This document shows, piece by piece, positions 53,501 through 64,000 of a stretch of 64,000 nucleotides of DNA (position 1 is its first letter; every line of letters begins with the position of its first letter). The notes under the pieces are model-generated. The model did not search any database. It saw nothing but the letters and a program-made list of their open reading frames with translations, and was not told the origin of the DNA. This stretch comes from Sphyrna mokarran. Lineage: Eukaryota. Made by a program: the position numbers and the translations under genes. The DNA is taken from assembly GCA_024679065.1 (NCBI GenBank), contig JAGIQG010000031.1, positions 17,608,001 to 17,672,000 of the forward strand. Direction: 5' to 3'.

Positions 53501-55060
53501 TCAACCATATATTGGCCTATGTCTTCAGGGTTGACAAGTTAATTGATTCACTGCTTATTTATGTATCAGTGGTTATTAGCTGACAGTGAAGTTGAGCAGC
53601 AGATGTGAAGAGCATGCTGCAAGTTTTACCCACCCTTGATTTCCAGTTCTGCTAAGGTGGAAGGTTCAGAGCGGAGGTGAGAGGCTTCCCCTAAGAGACA
53701 AAAAGACAGGAAGAGGGCAAGGCAATTTATGGTGCTCTTAGGCCTCAGCCTTTCTTCTTGTACAAGACTGGCAGGGAAGGAGTTAAAGACAGCAACTAAC
53801 GTTTTTAAAAACAAAATTTGGAGGGGAATTTAAGTAAACAAGGAGAACATCTCCAAGTGCCTTATTTTAACACCGTGGATTAATCCCTGGTTTTAAAGCT
53901 ATGCAAAATAAATTAATGACACTAATGCTCCGGTGACTGGTTTCAGAGAAGTGTAACGTTAACACAAAATACAGCAACAATCCCATATGGAAGCACAGAG
54001 AGAGTCATAAAGGTACACACTGCAACATTCAGGTCCATCATTACATTCTGCATGAACTATCCTTTACATAAAACCCCTTACTTGAAACAAGTCCTTTGGT
54101 CATTCATTTTGTTACAATGATCATTTGTTTTTTTGCTTGACGGTACATGTAGTGGGGGTAAGAAAACTATTTAGGGCTTGGTATTGTTCACCTGTGTGGT
54201 AGCGTATTTTTACATTCTACCTACAGTCTTGGTTTCTCTCTTGCTTCCTTTTGACAGCACTCTGCCCTGTTCTGTCCCCTTCCTTTTATATTTTAATTTG
54301 CTGTTTATCTACCAGGTTGCACATTTCTATCCATCATTGGTCTGTTGGAGGGATGATGGGAAAACCAAGTGGACCTTCATTCTGAACTAGTCTAATTGTG
54401 TACTGAGAGGTTCAAGGTAGTAAATGAGCATCTTCAGCACTACAGGGAAGTTCATCTTGAAGTGAAGATTTTTCAGAAGGCAAAAAGGTTTTAAAAGTAA
54501 TCAGCTTGCATAGATAATGTCTACTGTGGCACTTTGCACCAGGTTGTGGAAATTGGTCTACATGTTTGGTGAATTTTCCCTCTCAGCAAGATTGGTAAGA
54601 AGAATAGGAATGACAGCAGCAAATAATGAAAGCTGTAGATTTTAAGAAGAAGGTGTTTTGTTTCCTCCAAGTATCCTTCACCAAATGAATGAAGAAAAAA
54701 TACAGGAAAAGGTTTTAAAATAGTTAAGAGTCCATTTGACAACAGTTGTTGCTGGTATCACTCCAAGAGAGCAAGATGTTTACAAATGTGCATCAAGTTA
54801 TTTATTCAGTGCTCATCAGTGTAGATTCTTTTTGTATACAGTTATATTCCCTCTAAGTACTCTTATACCATCCCAGGCTTTTGCTTCTCAATCAGATGCC
54901 AAAAGAATAGAAAGTGTGGGATGAGCATCTTCAGTTCTGTGCAGAAAATTGTTCTGGAATTGTTTTCGTTTGAGTAGAGAAGATTAAGGGAAAATTTAAT
55001 GCTTGAAATTATGATAGAGTACATAAAAAGAAACTGTTTTCACTGGTAAAAAGGTTAGTA

Positions 55061-56108
55061 AAAGAAGATGCAGATTGGCATAAGAACCAGAGGTGAGGCT
55101 TTTTTTTAAGGCACTGGGTTTTGGTGATCTTGAATACTCTGTCTGAAAAGTCAGTGCAACAAATTAAATTGTAAATTTCAAAAGAAAAATCAATATTTCC
55201 TTGAAATGGGAAAAAATGCAGTGCTCTGGGGCAAGAACAGGTGATCAATCTTTCAAAGGGCTAGTAAAACCATCTTGGCTGAGAGACCACTTCCTATGCT
55301 GTCAGGTTCCATGACGTCTACTTTCCTGATGTATTCACTTGTGGCCCAGCACATCATGATTGACATTGTGCTTCTCTTTAGAGTATTGGTCAAATTCAAA
55401 CAAATATTTACATTTAATGGATTTGCTATATATTTGAATTTCACGCCATTATTTGCGGCAGGAAATCAACACTGATGTTGGCACATCTGACGCAGCCAAA
55501 GCACTCGGTTTGCTATTCAAGTAAGAATTCAGATTAGAAATTGTCATTTCCTTGCTTTTCATGTGCCATAAATCCATGGGAACAAAAATTTAAAATTGCA
55601 GGAAACCCTGATATTTTCTCATTCATTTTTGTCATTCATGCTGTGGCAAACATGGAAATCATTAGACAGATCTCCAAAAGAGCTGCCCACTACGTTCCAT
55701 ACTTGGGTCCTTTTTCCATTATCATTTTTGTTTAAATATTTATCCACTTCTCTGCTGAAAAATGAATGCTCCTGAAAATATGTGCTCATTGAGCCAAGTG
55801 CATGATGGTGACTATCTAGTAAACTCTCAAATTAAAAAGTGAGGAGTCACCCACTGCACTCTAGTCAACTGCTAATAGGTCCAAAGAAGATGCAGACTGG
55901 CATAAGAACCAGAGGTTCGGCTTTTTTTAAGGCACTGAGTTTTGATGATCTTGAATAATCTGACAAGTCAGTGCAATAAATTAAATTAAAACAAAAGAAA
56001 AATCAATATTTCCTTGAAATGGGAAAAAATGCAATGCTCTGGGGCAAGAACAGGTGTTCAATCTATCAAAGGGCCAGCAAAAGCATCTTAGCTGAGAGAC
56101 CGCTTCCT
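55061..56108 (+). repeat. ~230-bp direct duplication (55061-55295 and 55883-56108) of an old CR1 3' remnant
   Basis: Both copies read aaagaagatgcaga.tggcataagaaccagagg...caaaagaaaaatcaatatttccttgaaatgggaaaaaatgca.tgctctggggcaagaacaggtg...gctgagagacc.cttcct. Confidence 0.9.
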
Positions 56109-56179
56109 GTATGGGAAAAGAAAGAGATTATCCAATAACCTGAATTCCAAGAGAAGGTAGGAATTTACTATAGTAGCAA

Positions 56180-57080
56180 CTTGCATTTATGAAACCTCTT
56201 CAAAGTTGCTCATTCAGTCAAAGATGAACTGCAAGTTAACACAGAATTATTGGTTGGGCAAGGGGGTGAAGGAAGTATGGGAAAGGGGGAGTTAGCTAAA
56301 AGCTTCGTTGGATAAGGGTTTTAAGATTAAAAGCAGAGAAAGAGACATAGAGGTTCAGTTATGGGCACACATGACAAACATGATGTGGAGATGCTGGCGT
56401 TGGACTGGGGTAAACATAGAAAGAAGTCTTACAACACCAGGTTAAAGTAACAATTCTCTACTAACCTGATGAAGGGGCAAACCCCGAAAGCTTATGGGTT
56501 TACTATCAAATAAACTTGTTGGACTTTAACCTGGTGTTGTGAGACTTCTTACAGTACATGACAAAGACAGATATGGCTGAAGGCACAATCACTAATGCAG
56601 GAAGTGGGGGTGAAGGATAGACGGACAAAAGTCCAGTTAGAGGGATGTTTGCAGTGCTGAAAGACAGCTTTGAAATAATGCAAAATGGCCAGTACATGAA
56701 GGAGAGATCAGGCAGAAAAGCATGTGAGTGGATTGTGATGGTGACAGTGCATGGATGTGTGTTTTCTGAACAAATGAGTTGAAGTAGGTAATGTTGTAGA
56801 GTTGGAAGGAAGTTTCATTGTGATGGAGGGATGAGATGATGTCAGAAGTTGAGCTCAGGGATGTATGAGGTAGCAAGGTTTCAAGTAATCTAATTCAGCC
56901 TGAGACAGTGGCTGGAACTGCCATGAAGGAATATGATCTGTGGCATGAACCAAAGACAGTGGAATTATGGAACACTGCATGTTGAATAACACAGTTGAGG
57001 GAGATGGCAGAGAAGTAGAACTGGATGTTGTCAGCATACATTGCAACTGAGCCCATGTTTTCAGATGATGTTATAAAGTG
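56180..57080 (-). mobile_element. Old L2 LINE fragment with a nested Penelope-derived element
   Basis: Tail aacttgcatttat...; gttgtcagcatacattg (reverse YADD-type motif). Confidence 0.5.
56380..56556 (+). mobile_element. Penelope-derived inverted-repeat element containing a minimal hammerhead-like motif
   Basis: Arms acaacaccaggttaaagt and actttaacctggtgttgt flank CTGATGA-A-GGGG-CAAA-CCCC-GAAAGCTT (56466-56493). Confidence 0.7.
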
Positions 57081-58899
57081 GCCAAAGATCAGATCAAGTG
57101 CATTTTAAAGGTATTAAGTTATCAAAGTAATAAGATTAGCAACTTGGAACTTGAAGAAATAGACTCTAATGGTAGAAGTTCACAATGAGGTATATATAAA
57201 TTTCAGGGAGAAACAGCATTAACTGACTTCATACTCTGTTTCCTCATAGCACCAATACTGATTGTTGATTTTTCTAAAACAGCTTATTCACAACTATTTG
57301 AAGTGTAGATGTAATGCAAAGAAGGAACAAGCATTTGGTTAAATCATGTCAGAAAGGTGTGACAGTCTAAGTAGCTGAATCAGTCATTAAAACCTTGAAT
57401 CCCAAATGAAGAATGCAGCTGAAGCAGACAAATTGCTTTGCTAACCCAATGGATTCGTGAGACTCCACTACGAAAAGCAGTTAGGTTATGTCTTGCGCAA
57501 TTACCACATCTTGATGTTTTAATTTGACCAATAATGAATTGAACTTGAGTGAAATAACAAAGGACACGTGCATTTGGGAAAATTAGGTAATTTGTTACTC
57601 ATAAGGCAATGAAACGGAAAAACTATGAACTTACATATTTGACAGAATTTTCCAGCCTCTAAGATGTATTCAATCAAGATTAATTTCCATTGTCCCTTCA
57701 AAAGAAAACATGAGTGAATTGTTCAAAGTAATAGGACCTTTTAGTGGAGTTGCAATGACTGAATAAATAGGTGCAATTTGCTTGTGGGCAGACAATCTCA
57801 GAAAAATCAGCACTCGGAGTTAAAAGGCAGACTACTGATCACAGTTTCCCATCATCCGCTCGAGCAATGTCATATTTAAGGATATATTTAGCTAGTTTTA
57901 TTGTTACAAGCCCATTAAGAATATTGGTTGTCCACAGTAAATTCAGTATTTCTTTGTCATGGCCCTTGGTGATGGTATTTCAGAGCTGTTAGCAGTCGTT
58001 ACTAAAGGGAACCAACATACTGTGGCAGGGTTGTTTATTTAGGCCTCCTGCATTTCTGTGCATCAAGTATAAGTAAGGATGAGGAAGCTAATCTGAGGCC
58101 TAATCTCGTTCAGACCCATTCAGCTCCTTGCTAAAGCTGAGTATTTGAAATCCTTACTGTTGAGTTTCCACTTGACTCAGACTTGAGGCTTGTTTGGACA
58201 AACGCTTTACTCAATTAAAGCAGCCTATTCAGGTGCAACCAAGAATTAAAAAGGCACGAGCATTATTTGAAAACCTGTCAGAATAATTAGATTGCCTATT
58301 GATTGGTAAGATTCAGGAGACAGCTGTATTTTAACAGCTGTGAGAAACAGGAGCAACCAGTTTAAGGAAGAAAAGAACTAATTATAAGGTCATTTCTTTT
58401 AAAATAAAATTTGAAGGAAAACCATACTTGTGTAAATACTTTCATTAAACATGTAAAACTGCAAGCCCAAACAATACATTAACTAATCTAATCAAAAGCA
58501 TAGCCTTTAAATGCTACGTAACATTTGAGGGTACCTGATTCAGGTCCCATCTCTTAAATTCTGATTTTATCCATATAGGCTTTGGAGGAGATGATTCTGC
58601 ACCATAACCATCCAGTTCAGTGCTCTGGTTTTCCTTCCAGGTTCAATTCACCTGCACACATTTGGCCTCCATTCTTGTTGCTGTTTGACATTTTATTAGT
58701 GTTGAAAATTCTTTTTTCCTTTATACTTGGCATTTTTGAATATATTTTCTATTGCATGTACCATCCATGGCCAAATCAGGAGACTTTTTTCATTCTACAC
58801 TTCTCACCATGTTGTCAGCCCCCAGTAAGTGCAATAGTCATTCAAATCCACAAGAACTGCTAATCAATATCCCAATTATCTTACAAAATCAAACCACAA

Positions 58900-60010
58900 C
58901 TCAGTAATATCTTTATAGCACCTTTAACATCATCAAACAAATTTTGACTCTGGGTCATATAAGGACAAATTGCGATAGGTCACCAAAAGCTTTATTGAAG
59001 TTTTTTATGGTTTGCCTTATCAGAGGAGTGAGAGAATAAGGGAGCAACTTCCAGAGTTTAAAAGCTTGGAAGGCGAAGGAATTGATTGATCCCATTGATG
59101 GAGCAGTTAAATCATGGTTGTTCAAGCGTCCAGACTGGGGAGCACAGAAATCTTGGAGGATTGTTCGCTTCAAGGAGGTTATAGAGATAGGGAAGGGTGA
59201 GTCCAAAGAGGGATTTGTCACAATGAGGAGAATTTCAAAATTGAAGCTTACCCAGTTGGCAGCATGTAAGTCACTGAGCACAAGAGTGATGGATGAACAG
59301 GACCTGATGTGAGTTAGGACATGGGAAACAATTTTTGTTCTCATTCATAGAAAGTGCAACATGGGATTTCCATGTTCATTGAATGAGACGAATTTGAAGT
59401 AACAAGGCACAAAGGAGGGTTTCAGCTATAGTGGATCTGAAGTCATAATGGAATCCAGCAATATTATAGAGTTCGGAAGGAGGCTATCTCATTGATGGAG
59501 AGTATATGGCAGTGGAAGATCAGCTCAAGGTTAGATGATACCAAAACTATGAACGGTCTGGTTCAAACTCAGTGCCTAAGAATAAAGATAAAGTCAGAAA
59601 TTAAGAATGAAGTTTATGGTGGTGACCAAAGACATTAATATCAGTTTCCCCAATATTTTAAGTCGAGAAAATTCCGCTTATCTGGTCCTGGCTAAGCATA
59701 ATAGCAAATCATAGGTAGTGGAAGGGAGGGAGAAGTTAAGAGAAGGGTGAATCAGTATTACTTGGCAGTTTTGAAGTTGTGTTTTTGAAAGATGTTATTA
59801 AAAGGCAGTATATATTAGCTCCTTGGGGTAATAGTGCAAGTATTGGAAGAGAAACCATTGCAGGGGATTATCCAGTTAAGGCTGAATTGATCAGCGAGTC
59901 CAGTGCCACTCAGCTAAACAATGGTGGAAAGTGTTAGAGGATAGTGTTATCAACTGTTGAAGTTTGCAAACAGGTTGAGAAAGGCAAGGAGAGACAGTTT
60001 ACTATGGTCA
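58900..60010 (-). mobile_element. Old L2 LINE fragment
   Basis: The - ORF at 58955 (LTHIRSCSSITLVLSDLH...NFEILLIV...AFQAFKLWKLLP) is a degenerate form of the L2 C-terminus (HITPVL..LHWL). Confidence 0.65.
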
Positions 60011-60464
60011 CATATGATGTCAGTTGTTACCTGTGAACAAGATAAACTATGTTCAACTGACTCCAAAGCTCCATTTTGTGTATCACATCTTGCCCTCATC
60101 CCTCCATCTGCTATAAATCCTACCCACATTGTGAATGAGACACCAGGACTGCTGTGAGCCATTGACTTGAGGGTGCCCTTCATATGATTGAGTGTCTCAT
60201 GTCACACAAAAGCTCTCTCTCAAATACCCAGCTAAGGTTAGAAATTCATTGCATGAAGAATTAGAAATGCAAACTGTTATTTAAAGTGCTACTTTTTTCA
60301 CAGTCATTCCTTTTCTGTTGTCATTTTTAGAAGTTTCCATTTTGATGTTGCTGATATTCAACTTTCTCTAAGGATAGGAAAACGAGATTTCCTTTTGCTT
60401 AACCAAATCAAAGCTTTCTCTTTAACCTCTTCCCAACTGTACACCCTTTGAGGATAAGAATGAT

Positions 60465-60575
60465 TGGCCATGCAAAATTTCCACGAGCAGGGTTAAGGGG
60501 ACAGGGCCTGGGTGGGATTGTTGTTGACGCAGGCTCGATGAACCAAATGGCTCTTTCTGTACTGTAGGGATTCTG
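60465..60575 (+). mobile_element. HE1 SINE/CR1 3' end fragment
   Basis: attggccatgcaaaatt...gggcctgggtgggattgttg...gctcgatgaaccaaatggctctttctgtactgtagggattct. Confidence 0.6.
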
Positions 60576-63439
60576 TGAGCCAGGGAGAACAGAACCTGCA
60601 TGTAAGGTCATCTCAGTGTGTCATTGTCTGTCATGGGTACCCTGGCATATGAGTGCTGCTCATGAGTAATGTGATCTCAGTTTTCCCTTTGATGCCAGGC
60701 TGGGACATAAAAGCACAGCATTAAATTCAGAACTAAATTGTGGGATAATGGCATTCTGTTACTTTTTGACAAGTTCATTTCAAAATGTTTGGTTTTGTCA
60801 AACTTCTTTCCATTCCTTAGTTTGAATATTGCTTCATTAAAAGGGTCAGTTGGTGGGGAAGCCATCTATCAATGAAGTCTGCAGGTTTCCCAAGTGCCAG
60901 ATTTGATATTGCAGATTTAGTGTGGAAGATTGAAGCTGTTTATTGGCACTTCTGAATTAGATCTTGAAGTAGGAACATATCTATTCAAATCATCTTTTGG
61001 GATTGGATTTTATCCCAAGTTTGTCTATTGAATCTCAGTTCAGCATATTTAGTGATTTTAAGTGTTAATTCTTTAGATTATGCTTTGAAGTTGCAGTGCT
61101 GAGTCTGGAGGATGAATGTTTTGATCGGCATTGGGAGAGGTGAGCAGAAATGAAAAGCTCAGCTGGCTTAGCAGAGGCCTGTGAATCATGCACCTTCTCC
61201 CTCTGAAACAAATGTAGTCAACTGTGATGCCAAAGTAGGACTTCTCAGCCACACTAATCAATGCTCAACAAAGCTGACTGCCTGATGCAAACTATTATTT
61301 TAGGAGATGGAAGGCTGTCACTATCTAACTCAGTGTGGACGCAACCAAAACAAAACAACTAAACATTGTGTTTCAAGCCAAAGCATCTCAATGATATTTT
61401 GGATATGAAATATTTAGAAGCAAAGATGGGGTTGGAGATTTTGTGTGGAGAGCTTAGGAAACTTGCTTTTTTCCCTTTTAAGAGCTGTTTGTTGCTGCCA
61501 ACACCCTCAGTTATCAGTGCTGAATGAGGAGTCAATTGTTGGGCCGTGCCTCAAAAACTTGCAGGAATTGTTGGGATGATATTGGTGCTGTAGCCTATGC
61601 AATTTAGTCACAACATAGCTCCCGGCCAGACAAAGATGGGTCAACCAATGACAGATAAGTGAATAACTCTGGACCTTGACTTATTGTTTAGAGTGAAAAC
61701 AAAGAATAGTGTCAATCTTAAAAAAAAGATCCACTGCTTTTACATGATAAAGTTATGTTTACATACCAATGTAAACTGCAAACTCATCCCTTGTGTAATG
61801 AAACATTGAAGGAGTTAGTTGGGTCAAGGTGTTAACAGCTTTGAAATACTGAAACTTGGTCTATTTGAAAAAAGTTGTGTAAGGTCACCTATGGCTTTCA
61901 AACTCCTCCTTTTGTTTTTCTACTTTTATTTGAACTGCAAATGGGTAGAATGTTCAAAGACCAAACTAATGCAAATCTGAAGTACTGTCACTGGATGCAA
62001 AAGAGAAAATGATGGGTTCTATTCTCCAATGCTGCCACACATGTTGGCAAGCAGAAGCAAAACAAATGGATCAATAAACAAATTTCGGAAACTTCAGAAA
62101 TAAGATAGAAAATGTGTTGTATAATCCTGTTTTTTTAAATTGCGCTTTAGGAAAGAAAAAAGGTCATGTGGGCCAGCCTGGCGCTCATGCAGGAGGTCGG
62201 GGCCCATGAGACCTCAACCTTGCCCGATTCTTCAAACTGCCCATTTCAATTGGGAGAGTTCTGCCACCTTATCCTACAGGTACCAAATCAAGTGTTCCAC
62301 AAGGTGGTGGGTGAAGGAAGGTTGGCCAAGGTTGGACAAGAGGACAAATGAGCTGTCCTTCCTGTTTTCTTTGATTCACTTTGGAAAAGGATTAGCTGTG
62401 ACTATTATATGGGTCTGTGAGGCACCAGCTTCCTCCCTAGGCAAGCTGATTAAGCAAAAGAGGCAAACATCAAACAAGAAATAGAAGAGAAAATGTTAAG
62501 ATTAAAAAGAAAATTATCTAAATTAAGAAAAAAATTGCCCCATTGAGGAATTTTTTTTGAGTTTGGCTGGAAGGTGGTTGGGTGAAGTGGTGGGAAAAGA
62601 GGTTTATAAAATTACCATCAGTGATGTCTCACATAAAATGCATGATCGAAAATATCTCAACTAATGTCATAATTTATACCAAAGTGTATGCATGTTCACA
62701 ATTCTTCCTTTGAGCATTCTACCTGAGTATGGAATGAGCCCTTTCACCAGTGCAGGCATGCTGTTAATGGCTCCTGTGTGGAGTTGTCTCAGAATTTGAA
62801 TTCACAATGAAAGATTTCTCTTCCTGTGAAACAATTAGATTTGGTTTTCTGCTGTGAAGCATTGTGCAGGGAATTTATTCAAATTGAAATATTACCAAAA
62901 AAGAGCAATTGAGTTTAAAATTAACCTTTCAACATGTTTCAATAAAGATTGATTTTAAATCAAATGGGCTGATGAAAGGGTGGTAAAAGCTATTTTTAGT
63001 TCCATTCTTTGATTAATTGTAATTTATGCTATAAAGCTGCAGCATCCCTTTTGTTGTTAACACTGAATCATTTAAAGAATGATGTTCTAAAATTTCCATT
63101 TGCCATCTCAGTCACGACATGAATCCTGGTCACACGGTCAGAGATCCAAGTGAAAATCTGATTCACTGGATTGGATAATGACTTGCTACTCAGTGATCAG
63201 TATGATTAGCACAGACCAGTGCTGCATTCAGTCTAATCCAGGTCCTTCTCTCAGGGAAGCCTACAGATAACCTATAGTGGGATTCAGCTGCCTCTGGGAA
63301 GACTTTTTCCTTGACTACAATGCTTGAAAAGAACAAGATTTTGTTATCCATTTAACAGATAGAATCATTGATAGAGAATAACAAACAAATAGACTTGACC
63401 AAGCAACTGGGTTGACATACAAGTCTCAGTCGCAAGACT

Positions 63440-63600
63440 CAGGAACAGGAGTAGACCATTTGGTCTTTCAGATTTGCTCTCTCCATTTGTTACAACTGTT
63501 TTTTTGGGCACTCTTCTTTCCCCAATTCTCATCCCATTGTTGCATGTTTTCTCTCAGGTTCCCCACCTCAAACCTGGTTTGTCTCTTTTTTCAGTCTTGG
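63440..63600 (-). mobile_element. Old CR1 3' tail fragment
   Basis: caggaacaggagtagaccatttgg...tgctctctccatt. Confidence 0.4.
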
Positions 63601-64000
63601 TCATTGCCCTCACCTGTCAGAAAGGACAATGGTGGAGCTTAAACTGTGAATTTCTTCACTAGCTGGCCTTTCAACAATTGCAACCAAGACAAAATCACTT
63701 TGCAGAATGGAATAATTCTGCTTTACTGCCATTCATTTCTTCCCGGTCTCTCCCTTTTGACTAGTTGATTTCAACATTTCATCTTAATGAAGAGCCTGAA
63801 ATGAACTGGAACAAAGGGTGAAAGTCCAAGATGAAAAACAGTCAAAAACCTCAATCATCTTTGAACACGCATCACACCTTCTCCAGTGACTAAACAGATT
63901 GGAGATGCAAGATCTGTAAATAAGGTGCCTGATTGCCATCCCATTACTCGATCACAATAAAGCTGATCCAGAGTAAGCTGATACTGGAAAATTTTCCTAT

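Overview
This window is eukaryotic, AT-rich, repeat-rich vertebrate genomic DNA. The repeats (CR1 LINEs, HE1/V-SINE-like and DeuSINE-like SINEs, Penelope-derived hairpins) point to a cartilaginous fish, probably a shark. The whole window lies inside one + strand gene, CaMKII beta (CAMK2B). I read exons 5-14 (human numbering) from the sequence, all with canonical AG/GT boundaries and phases that join into one reading frame. They cover the kinase C-lobe, the regulatory segment (T287, T306/307), the beta-specific actin-binding exon 13 and exon 14. Exons 1-4 lie upstream, and I found no later linker or hub exons in the remaining ~17.5 kb. The main finding is two intact 73-nt copies of kinase exon 6 in tandem, one gamma-type ([24 protein letters not shown]) and one alpha/beta-type ([24 protein letters not shown]). 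This suggests a mutually exclusive switch at the catalytic loop of a beta paralogue. Other points of interest are candidate unannotated linker exons, a CR1 with an inversion plus inverted duplication nested in another LINE, a young CR1 with an open RT frame, and a Penelope-type minimal hammerhead motif. Almost all entries in the ORF track are spurious or LINE-derived. Repeat family names come from recognition, not from a database search.
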